From assembly GCF_000092465.1 (NCBI RefSeq), contig NC_014205.1, positions 990,001 to 1,022,000 of the forward strand: a DNA stretch of 32,000 bases, in the 5' to 3' direction. The DNA is from Staphylothermus hellenicus DSM 12710. GTDB taxonomy: Archaea; Thermoproteota; Thermoprotei_A; Sulfolobales; Desulfurococcaceae. The notes under the pieces are model-generated. The model saw nothing but the letters and a program-made list of their open reading frames with translations, was not told the origin of the DNA and did no database searches. Positions 8,264 through 16,002 of this stretch are shown piece after piece. The first letter of the stretch is position 1. Each line of letters begins with the position of its first letter. The position numbers were made by a program, and so were the translations under genes.

Positions 8264-10183
8264 TCATCTTGGATTTGGTGGTAGTTTAGGCTTCACATCT
8301 ATATCGATGACTTTGCTATCAATAATTAATCCTTTAGAAATAGCTGAAACCACTATTTTTTGTTCGCCGATGAATTTAGCTTTTACAGGTATTATTCTTG
8401 TATATGATGAACTAGGGTTCATTTTAACTGTTTCAAGATCATTATTTATAGATGAAAACCCTATTCCGCCTATAGTGAATGATACACGTATTTCTTTCTC
8501 TAATTGGTTTCTAATCGTAACAATTAAATCAGCTTTCCCGCCTTCATAGAGTTTAGATGCTAGTCTAGCATCTATAATTTGTATCTTATTCATTCTTTCA
8601 TTAAGAATATTTTCTGCCTCTCTTAGCCATGTATCGATTATTTTCGGTAACCAAAACTCTGCCCACCAATAATCGCTATCTAATGCGTGCCATAAAGCCC
8701 ATCTTGCTTTATTACTAAACTCATCCCTGCCACCGATCATTTCCTCGTATGCTAATAGTTTTCGATAGGCACTATATGTTTTAACCCAGTATTCTTCGTG
8801 TTGAGGAACTTCTCCTCTCCACTTACGAAACGTTCCCAGCCAAGAATTTGTAGGTATATTTGTCAATATACGGTTAGCCGGTACTTTATTATATATTTCG
8901 CGTAAGGTGCTTAGCTTAATAAATTTATTATCGGCTAGCATTTCGAGATAGATTATCATTTTGTCCAGAAAATATGCTGTTAATGGCGGGTTAACTGAGA
9001 ACGACATCCAGTTCTCACCGTCAAGAGCTACCACGAGAATTTTAGAATTTTTATCAATCCATTTCTCGGCAACTCTTAAAGCGAACTCGTACGCGTTCCT
9101 CCAAGCATGTGGTTCGCTGTAGAAATTATTTCTAAAGCCGAGAATATCGCTTAAGTCATGATCTCTAAAGAATACCGTAATATATTTCTTTGACTCAGTA
9201 TCGATTACCATGTAAGGCTCATATTGGCTGTCCTTATTTCCCCCTGCGTGGAAGAAATGGAACTTGTCGTCAAGGACAGTATATTTAATGTCTAAATCAT
9301 AATATATGGGGATTAATTTCATTGAGAAAGCCATTTCAGGAGTCCATATACCTTGAGGACTATAATTGTTACCCATGATTTTGCTTGTAACTTCTTTTCC
9401 ATACCTTATCTCTTCTTCAACAATATCAGTTGCTCCTAATACATCGGTTAGGAATCCTCCTATGGTATGTGCATAAATACTTGTCAATACGTCTATCTGG
9501 CCTTTAAATAATGCTTCTCTATAGTTGTTCAAAGTCTCCTCTACAAGCTTTATTTTTTCATGGCTTGGATCATATTTTTCCCCATTAGTAAACTCCACAC
9601 CTTTCTCAATTGCTATTTGCCATTGCTGGAGAAGGCTTGGGCTGAGATTATATGTTGCTTTAAAATGTGGATGTATCTTTAGCATTAATGAGTGATAATG
9701 ATATGGTCCTTTACCATATGGTTTTAATAGATCGCTCCAAACATAGATATAAGCCCATGGTCCATGTATTCGTCCATCAGGCAAATAATTAGGAGCTTGG
9801 TGATGATGCCATACTATTGTAAAATATATTTGTTCTCTCGAGCTTGGATCGCCTACTAGGAGACATGTAGTATCTGCTTGTTCATTATCAACGAGTAATT
9901 TATAACAGAATTTGCCGGGCTTATCCGGAGTTTCTATAGGGATTGTCTCAACTATAAATTTTTTCTCTTCTATATTTATTTGCTTAGAAATTATTTCCTT
10001 ATTTCCATCTATAGAAGCAACTTTATAGGATAGATTCCGCCTCATTCCATGATTATTTAGAAGAACATAGATTTTTGCTTCAGTGTTGGTTTTATGAGCT
10101 GGTTTATCGAATACTAAGTAGGCTTCAACGTTATTGATTAGCCTAGGCTTTATCAACGAAGAATACTTGTCCAATACTTTCAA
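8264..10183 (-). CDS. GH57-family glycoside hydrolase (amylopullulanase-type), predicted cytoplasmic
   Basis: GH57 region motifs are 'VWHHHQAPNY' (nt 9785-9814), 'GIWTPEMAFS', 'ALDGENW' and 'HALDSDYWWAEFW'. There is no signal peptide. It is a paralog of the 841-aa surface enzyme. Confidence 0.85.
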   Translation of the reverse strand: MKVLDKYSSLIKPRLINNVEAYLVFDKPAHKTNTEAKIYVLLNNHGMRRNLSYKVASIDGNKEIISKQINIEEKKFIVETIPIETPDKPGKFCYKLLVDNEQADTTCLLVGDPSSREQIYFTIVWHHHQAPNYLPDGRIHGPWAYIYVWSDLLKPYGKGPYHYHSLMLKIHPHFKATYNLSPSLLQQWQIAIEKGVEFTNGEKYDPSHEKIKLVEETLNNYREALFKGQIDVLTSIYAHTIGGFLTDVLGATDIVEEEIRYGKEVTSKIMGNNYSPQGIWTPEMAFSMKLIPIYYDLDIKYTVLDDKFHFFHAGGNKDSQYEPYMVIDTESKKYITVFFRDHDLSDILGFRNNFYSEPHAWRNAYEFALRVAEKWIDKNSKILVVALDGENWMSFSVNPPLTAYFLDKMIIYLEMLADNKFIKLSTLREIYNKVPANRILTNIPTNSWLGTFRKWRGEVPQHEEYWVKTYSAYRKLLAYEEMIGGRDEFSNKARWALWHALDSDYWWAEFWLPKIIDTWLREAENILNERMNKIQIIDARLASKLYEGGKADLIVTIRNQLEKEIRVSFTIGGIGFSSINNDLETVKMNPSSSYTRIIPVKAKFIGEQKIVVSAISKGLIIDSKVIDIDVKPKLPPNPR

Positions 10184-10198
10184 AACAAATCACCTATA

Positions 10199-10600
10199 CT
10201 ATTTTTCTAGTTCATGAACTTCTATTTTTTCCATACAAGTATCTGGTGCTTCCTCAGCTATTCTTTTCCAATCAATTCTTTGCTCAACAATGTATCTGAG
10301 ATGCTTTTCGAGAAGCCTTCTAGCTTTTTCACGGCCCAGCCTAGTCGCGTTCCAAGTAACATAGGGTGAATAAAACGATGCTATTTCAACATGTATTTTT
10401 CTCTTCTCTTTATCAACCTTAAACTTTATATAGCCTAGTTCTTTTAGGTGACAAGCAGGATTTGCGCAAAGAATATCTATTTCACATTGATCTTTTTTAA
10501 CAAAAACTATTTTGTATTCATCAGGAGATCTATATATTTTGCCGCAGGGACATTGTAGGAATTCTTCTTCATTGGATGACAAAATACTTTCTTCCCCCAT
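10199..10600 (-). CDS. Small Cys-rich hypothetical protein (possible zinc-ribbon)
   Basis: 'CPCG', 'CEIDILC' and 'CH' give a five-Cys cluster in the first 50 residues. It lies 15 nt upstream of the cytoplasmic GH57, so it is probably co-transcribed. Confidence 0.45.
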   Translation of the reverse strand: MGEESILSSNEEEFLQCPCGKIYRSPDEYKIVFVKKDQCEIDILCANPACHLKELGYIKFKVDKEKRKIHVEIASFYSPYVTWNATRLGREKARRLLEKHLRYIVEQRIDWKRIAEEAPDTCMEKIEVHELEK

Positions 10601-10736
10601 AGCTTCTGTTAAACATATTAATCCAAGTATGATTTTATGAATTATCCGAGTTAATAACTATTGATATAGTAAATAATTTATTTTAATAATGTAATTAAAA
10701 TATGTGGTCTCACCATATAAGCAAACAAAATAGGTA

Positions 10737-10743
10737 TTTAAAA
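10737..10743 (+). promoter_or_regulatory. TATA-like box for the FtsX/ABC operon
   Basis: TTTAAAA lies about 45 nt upstream of the ATG at 10785. GGTGG (10772-10776) sits 8 nt before that ATG. Confidence 0.3.
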
Positions 10744-10769
10744 GAATCATACAAATACTTATACATGAC

Positions 10770-11336
10770 TTGGTGGTCACGGACATGAGCGAGGAAAAAA
10801 CTATACTGCCATTATCTGAAGCTATATATCTTGTTCTTCATAGTATTAGACTCAGAATTGGAAGAATATTAATTGTTATAGTTGCTATAACTGCTAGCAT
10901 AGCATATATGGTTAGCTTGGATATGTTATCTTCCATTCTTATATCAAATATTAATCCCCAAGGTGCTGAAGTATATATGTTATTACTTGATCTAACTGCT
11001 TTCACGGTTGCAGCCGCGGGAACAATGAATTCGTTGCTTATAATGATCGCTGAGAGATACCATGAAATTGGAACTATGAAAAGCTTTGGAGCTAGAGATA
11101 TTCATATTTTCGAATTATTAATGCTGGAAGCTGTTATTCTTACAATTATAGGTGGATTATTAGGATACATTATTGGGATAGGAATAGGATACATGCTAGG
11201 TGGTAGTGGAGATATATTGTTTCTTCTAGAAAAATCATTAGCTGTAGCAGTTATTATTGGCTTAGTTTCAGCATCATATCCATCCTATCAAGCCGCTCGT
11301 ATGAGCCCCGTAGAAGCACTTAGAGTGGAGGTGTGA
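10770..11336 (+). CDS. Minimal FtsX/MacB-type ABC permease (4 TM, no extracytoplasmic domain)
   Basis: FtsX-domain signature 'ERYHEIGTMKSFGARDIHIFELLMLEAVILTIIGGLLGYIIG' and terminal 'SYPSYQAARMSPVEALR'. Only about 10 residues separate TM1 and TM2, where MacB/LolC/FtsX carry a domain of roughly 200 aa. The likely start is the ATG at 10785. Confidence 0.8.
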   Translation: MVVTDMSEEKTILPLSEAIYLVLHSIRLRIGRILIVIVAITASIAYMVSLDMLSSILISNINPQGAEVYMLLLDLTAFTVAAAGTMNSLLIMIAERYHEIGTMKSFGARDIHIFELLMLEAVILTIIGGLLGYIIGIGIGYMLGGSGDILFLLEKSLAVAVIIGLVSASYPSYQAARMSPVEALRVEV

Positions 11337-12106
11337 AAATGCAGAATGCTGAAGAAGCTAAGAATGTAAAGCTGCCTAGCAGGAGAAAACTTGAATATGT
11401 TGTTGAAGCGGTTGAGGTGAAGAAATATTATAAGATGGGCAAGTTTATCGTGAAAGCCCTTGATGGCGTTACATTTAATGTGAAGAGAAGAGAATACGTT
11501 AGTATAATGGGGCCAAGTGGTAGTGGTAAAACAACATTATTCAACATGATCGGAGGACTGGATAGGCCAACCGGTGGAAAAGTCTATATTGACGGAGTCG
11601 ATATAGCGATGCTGGATGCCTATGAACTAGCATGGCTTAGAGCTAAGAAGATAGGATATATTTTCCAAACATTCAACTTAATACCAGTACTCACAGCAGT
11701 AGAGAACGTTATGTTGCCAATGATCTTTGTAGGTACACCATATGAAGATGCAATAGTGAAAGCTAAGAAATTACTGGAGCTTGTTGGGCTTGGAAAATTC
11801 ATACATCATAAACCAGCAGAACTCAGCGGTGGACAGCAGCAGAGAGTGGCTGCTGCTAGAGCACTAGCAAATGATCCATCAATAATACTGGCAGATGAAC
11901 CCACTGGAAACCTAGACTTACATACAGGCTTGAAGCTAATCAATTTATTAAAGGAAATAAATGAGAAAAAAGGTGTCACTATTGTTACTGCAACACATGA
12001 TCTCAAAATGGTTGATGTAAGCGACCGTATTATTTGGATAAGAGATGGTAAGATAGAGAAAATTGAGCTTAGAAGAGATATTGAAGCTGTAATGGGTGAG
12101 CAGTAG
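11333..12106 (+). CDS. ABC transporter ATP-binding protein, MacB/LolD-type (paralog 1)
   Basis: Walker A 'GPSGSGKTT', Q-loop 'FQTFNL', signature 'LSGGQQQRVA', Walker B 'ILADEPTGNLD' and H-loop 'ATHD'. GGAGGTG precedes the ATG at 11339, which is an alternative to the GTG at 11333. Confidence 0.95.
   Translation: MKMQNAEEAKNVKLPSRRKLEYVVEAVEVKKYYKMGKFIVKALDGVTFNVKRREYVSIMGPSGSGKTTLFNMIGGLDRPTGGKVYIDGVDIAMLDAYELAWLRAKKIGYIFQTFNLIPVLTAVENVMLPMIFVGTPYEDAIVKAKKLLELVGLGKFIHHKPAELSGGQQQRVAAARALANDPSIILADEPTGNLDLHTGLKLINLLKEINEKKGVTIVTATHDLKMVDVSDRIIWIRDGKIEKIELRRDIEAVMGEQ
11510..11564. repeat. 55-nt block identical to 12229-12283 (Walker A region of the two ATPase paralogs)
   Basis: Hand alignment shows GGGCCAAGTGGTAGTGGTAAAACAACATTATTCAACATGATCGGAGGACTGGATA in both genes. 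The flanks are clearly diverged. Confidence 0.9.
11855..11895. repeat. 41-nt block identical to 12574-12614 (between the signature motif and Walker B)
   Basis: GCTAGAGCACTAGCAAATGATCCATCAATAATACTGGCAGA occurs in both paralogs. Confidence 0.9.
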
Positions 12107-12834
12107 TGGGGGATGTTGTGATCAAAGTAGTTGATCTCCATAAATACTATGTATTGAAGGGAGAAACCGTAAAAGCTCTTCAGGGAATAAATCTCGAGAT
12201 CTACAGGGGCGAATATGTATCCGTTCTTGGGCCAAGTGGTAGTGGTAAAACAACATTATTCAACATGATCGGAGGACTGGATAAGCCTACATCAGGCAAA
12301 GTATATGTTGACGGAGTAGATATTTATTCTTTGCCGAAGAAGAAACTCGCATATTTTAGAAATAAGAAACTAGGCTATGTTTTCCAAACATATAATCTCA
12401 TACCATATTTAACCGCCGTAGATAATGTAGCATTACCCATGATATTCGCTGGTGTTCCAAGAAAGAAACGTATCGAAAAAGCACGTAGACTTCTAGAAGC
12501 AGTTGGCTTAGGGGAAAGACTCCACCATAGACCCTTCGAGCTTAGCGGTGGACAACAACAGAGAGTAGCCATCGCTAGAGCACTAGCAAATGATCCATCA
12601 ATAATACTGGCAGACGAGCCTACAGCTAATTTAGATCTAGTTACGGGTAAGCAAGTCATTAATTTATTGAAGGATATAAGCTTAACACATAACGTTACAG
12701 TCGTCACCAATACGCATGATTTAAAGATGATTGACGTAAGTGATCGAATAGTCTATATTAGAGACGGAAAAATCGAAAGGATAGAGGAGAGACAAACAGC
12801 TGAGATAAGAGACATAATTATTGATATAAGCTAG
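12106..12834 (+). CDS. ABC transporter ATP-binding protein, MacB/LolD-type (paralog 2)
   Basis: It has the same full motif set ('GPSGSGKTT', 'LSGGQQQRVA', 'ILADEPTANLD', 'NTHD'). It abuts paralog 1 with a 1-nt overlap. The start is GTG at 12106 or GTG at 12118. Confidence 0.95.
   Translation: MGDVVIKVVDLHKYYVLKGETVKALQGINLEIYRGEYVSVLGPSGSGKTTLFNMIGGLDKPTSGKVYVDGVDIYSLPKKKLAYFRNKKLGYVFQTYNLIPYLTAVDNVALPMIFAGVPRKKRIEKARRLLEAVGLGERLHHRPFELSGGQQQRVAIARALANDPSIILADEPTANLDLVTGKQVINLLKDISLTHNVTVVTNTHDLKMIDVSDRIVYIRDGKIERIEERQTAEIRDIIIDIS
12229..12283. repeat. Second copy of the 55-nt identical block
   Basis: See 11510-11564. Confidence 0.9.
12574..12614. repeat. Second copy of the 41-nt identical block
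   Basis: See 11855-11895. Confidence 0.9.
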
Positions 12835-13387
12835 AATATATTTCTTTCAAAAACTCCTCATTTAGTAAAAGCATTCTCTTAATATCAGAGGTAGGCGTTA
12901 ATGTATAGAAAACACGTGTTCTTCCCACTACTATAATACTGGATCCTTTAGAAGACTTTATTTCTTTTCCGACAAGCACTAGCTTATTGCTTGTTTTCAA
13001 TACTATTTCCTCATATTTTGTAGAAAATATTTTATCTCTCAATTTCTCAACGAGTTTGTCAGCTACGTCTTTGAGTTTTCCTTTTCCACTTAATAATAAC
13101 TTCCTACCTAAACCCAGAATACCCTTTTTGACTATGATATCAACAAATCCAATATCCTCTAATTCTTCATCTAATTCTAGAACAGATATTGTTATATAAT
13201 AGAATTCGCCTGTATACTTGGTTGTATTTTTCCCTATGAAAAAATACTTCATATATGGATTATTTTTAAAACGAACTAGAGTTGCTCCTCCTTTATCATA
13301 TATTATTTCTGCTCCAGCTGGTAAGATTTTTTTAAGGGATTTCGATGTTTCACCGGTTAAGCTACTCATATAATTTATTCCCCACAC
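12818..13387 (-). CDS. Hypothetical cytoplasmic protein downstream of the surface GH57
   Basis: 189-codon ORF lying 7 nt after the GH57 stop on the same strand. The start is GTG, with an alternative ATG at 13369. No motif recognised. Confidence 0.4.
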   Translation of the reverse strand: MWGINYMSSLTGETSKSLKKILPAGAEIIYDKGGATLVRFKNNPYMKYFFIGKNTTKYTGEFYYITISVLELDEELEDIGFVDIIVKKGILGLGRKLLLSGKGKLKDVADKLVEKLRDKIFSTKYEEIVLKTSNKLVLVGKEIKSSKGSSIIVVGRTRVFYTLTPTSDIKRMLLLNEEFLKEIYSSLYQ

Positions 13388-13394
13388 CGTTATT

Positions 13395-15920
13395 TCATGA
13401 TCTCTTATGTTTAATATAGTATAGAGCCGCTAAAACAGCTACTATAATCCATAGAATAATCGCTAATATTATGAGCAACTGTGTATTTTCACCTGTATTT
13501 TCCTGCCTAGTTTGCGTTACTATTATTTGTCCAGTGAATTTGTTGTTGTCGATGAATGGATCATATGGTGACACAACATTGACTTCATATGTATAAGTTC
13601 CAGTCTTCAGATCTATGTTGAACACTTCTGTAACGCTATTTTCTCCCTTGAACATGGTGGCTTCTTTAATGTATGTTTGTCCTCCTATTTTCAAATATAT
13701 CTTAACGGGAACATCGAAGGATGCTGTTTCGCCTTCGGCTAGTGAAACAGTTGCAAATATTTTATGTGTGCCTGGAGGCGTAGGATTTATGCCTCCTAAT
13801 ACACCGTTCGGGCCTATAACTGATATTTTTAATGATAGATCAATTGGGCTAAGGAATTTTATTTTGAAATACCTTGTTTCAAGATAAAATGTTTCTTTAC
13901 CAATCTTTGCGTTTGGAGTGTACATTGTTAATACTAGTTGTTTTGTCCCGGCTTTATCCACTTTAAATATTAATGACACATTTACCGAGTCGCCCGGGGA
14001 TATTGTTACTTGTTTAGTTGTAGCATTTATTCCCGGCATACTTAGAGTTATTATGGTGTTCCTCATCTGGTAATCATTATTATTTGTAATTGTTACTATT
14101 GCCTTAGTCGTAGTCTGTGCAACTGGTTGGGATGGTTCCGTTGTAAGGGAAATCTTGTATTTCATAATGTTTGAAATGTCATGGTCAAATTCCTCGAGCC
14201 AAGCATCTATTACACCTGGTGAAAAGAATTCGCTCCACCAGAAATCGCTGTCGATTGCATGTATCAAGTCTATTACGGACTCATTGAATTTGGGGTTCTT
14301 TTTGATTTCATCTATGAATTTATTGTATGAATCTATGTTTTTATAATACATATATGCCTTATACTTCCCTATACGTTCATATAGTTTCTCCCATTCCTCC
14401 TTGTGTTTAGCTCCTTGTTCCGTTGTCCACTTACCCCATCCTCCAAGCCAGCTTGTCCATGTAATACTTGTTAATACTCTTTCCGGTGGATGCACTTTAA
14501 CAGCGTCACTGAATGTTCCAGTATTCATTATTCCCTGATCTGTTAATCTACTAACATACTTATAGATCCTGTCAAGGAATAATGCGCCGTTGGCATGGCT
14601 TGGAGCGAATAATATCCAGTTCTCTCCATCTGCAGCTATTACTTCAATTGGAGGATACTTATAGTTCTTAAATGAGTGCTTATTGTATATATGGTAATAG
14701 AGTGCTCTCGCGTCTCGATCAGCGGTTCTAGCGTCTCCCCAGTCATTATTTGTAAAACCAATATAGCCATCGCTCACCTCCTGATCACGGAAGAAGACAA
14801 TTAACTCTCTTCCCTCATTATCCTTGATAATGTATGGTTCAAATATTGTTCCCTTATCGCCTCGTGCACCGGGAAAGTGGTATGTGCCATCCAAAACCGT
14901 GTATTTGATCCCGAGATCTAAATATATAGGAACCAGTTTATCGCTCCAAGCCATTTCAGCAGTCCATATAGCATCAGTATCTACTCCTAAGACTTTCTTA
15001 GTCCATTCCTTACCTAACCATATATCATATTTGAGAAGATATGGTATATTCAATTTTTCCATTATATAGCCAGCTATTGTATGTGCGAACTCGGTTGTTA
15101 AAAGATATGCTCTGCCTTCATCGTGTAGCTGTTTTAATCCTTTGAAGAAGTCTTTGATTGCCTGGGCAAGCGAGCTGTTAGGCGGTATTTTTCTAGTGGA
15201 ACCAGTATTTGGATCATATATTGTGAACCCCTTATTTGCAGCGATATATAATTGGTATAAGAGGCTTGGACTATAGTGTAGGTTTACCTTGATATTGGGA
15301 TATTTCTTTAATAAATAATAGTGTAGGTAATATGTGCCCATATCAGGGTATGTGTTATCGATCTTGAAGTATGGTGTTAAACTATCTTTGAAAAAGTGAT
15401 CTATATGCCAGTTAGCGAAGAACGTTCCATCAGGCCAATAATTAGGTGCCTGATGATTATGCCAAACAAAAAGTATCATCGGCGGCTTACCTGATGGTGG
15501 TCCATGTCTGATCCAGAAATCAACTGTGTCTTCATATATGACTTGGTTATTCACTATTATCTGCATATGTAGATGATATGTTCCATCATTAACATCTGGA
15601 ACGGTAACTGGTTGTGATTCTACATGGATAAATCTTGCATCATTTGCTGACGGTATTGTTACATGTATTTCGGGAATAGTGGGAGCATTGGGTAGATCTG
15701 TAAAATAAAACTTGATTATTGCTTCTCTGCTTTCTTGAACAAGCGGATACACATATGCTTCCGCAACCATATGTGATCCTGGAAGATATATTGGGGAATC
15801 CGTTGTTACAAACGCATATATCTTATATGTCTGACTCATACCAGGTGATGCTGTGATTAATGAAATGATAATTATTGTGGTAAGCATAATCATAACAGCT
15901 TTATTCATGGCGACCCCCAT
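13395..15920 (-). CDS. Extracellular, membrane-anchored GH57 glycoside hydrolase (amylopullulanase-type)
   Basis: Signal peptide 'MNKAVMIMLTTIIIISLITASPGMSQ'. GH57 motifs are 'VWHNHQAPNY' (nt 15438-15467), 'AIWTAEMAWS', 'AADGENW' and 'HAIDSDFWWSEFF'. A beta-rich C-terminal region is followed by the TM anchor 'LLIILAIILWIIVAVLAALYYIKHKRS'. Confidence 0.85.
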   Translation of the reverse strand: MGVAMNKAVMIMLTTIIIISLITASPGMSQTYKIYAFVTTDSPIYLPGSHMVAEAYVYPLVQESREAIIKFYFTDLPNAPTIPEIHVTIPSANDARFIHVESQPVTVPDVNDGTYHLHMQIIVNNQVIYEDTVDFWIRHGPPSGKPPMILFVWHNHQAPNYWPDGTFFANWHIDHFFKDSLTPYFKIDNTYPDMGTYYLHYYLLKKYPNIKVNLHYSPSLLYQLYIAANKGFTIYDPNTGSTRKIPPNSSLAQAIKDFFKGLKQLHDEGRAYLLTTEFAHTIAGYIMEKLNIPYLLKYDIWLGKEWTKKVLGVDTDAIWTAEMAWSDKLVPIYLDLGIKYTVLDGTYHFPGARGDKGTIFEPYIIKDNEGRELIVFFRDQEVSDGYIGFTNNDWGDARTADRDARALYYHIYNKHSFKNYKYPPIEVIAADGENWILFAPSHANGALFLDRIYKYVSRLTDQGIMNTGTFSDAVKVHPPERVLTSITWTSWLGGWGKWTTEQGAKHKEEWEKLYERIGKYKAYMYYKNIDSYNKFIDEIKKNPKFNESVIDLIHAIDSDFWWSEFFSPGVIDAWLEEFDHDISNIMKYKISLTTEPSQPVAQTTTKAIVTITNNNDYQMRNTIITLSMPGINATTKQVTISPGDSVNVSLIFKVDKAGTKQLVLTMYTPNAKIGKETFYLETRYFKIKFLSPIDLSLKISVIGPNGVLGGINPTPPGTHKIFATVSLAEGETASFDVPVKIYLKIGGQTYIKEATMFKGENSVTEVFNIDLKTGTYTYEVNVVSPYDPFIDNNKFTGQIIVTQTRQENTGENTQLLIILAIILWIIVAVLAALYYIKHKRS

Positions 15921-16002
15921 ATGCTAAATATGATTTGATATTAATAAGGCTATATCTTGTATATAAGTTATTAAATTGCTTGTTTATAAAAACATGTATT
16001 AT

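Noticed and set aside
10770-11336. Possibility that the 188-aa FtsX protein is a truncated pseudogene fragment of a full-length MacB-type permease.
   Set aside because: It has an intact TM1 with the usual basic N-terminal flank, a complete three-helix FtsX domain, an SD-like GGTGG before the ATG and a TATA-like box. The upstream spacer shows no remnants of an extracytoplasmic-domain coding region. This remains worth checking against orthologs.
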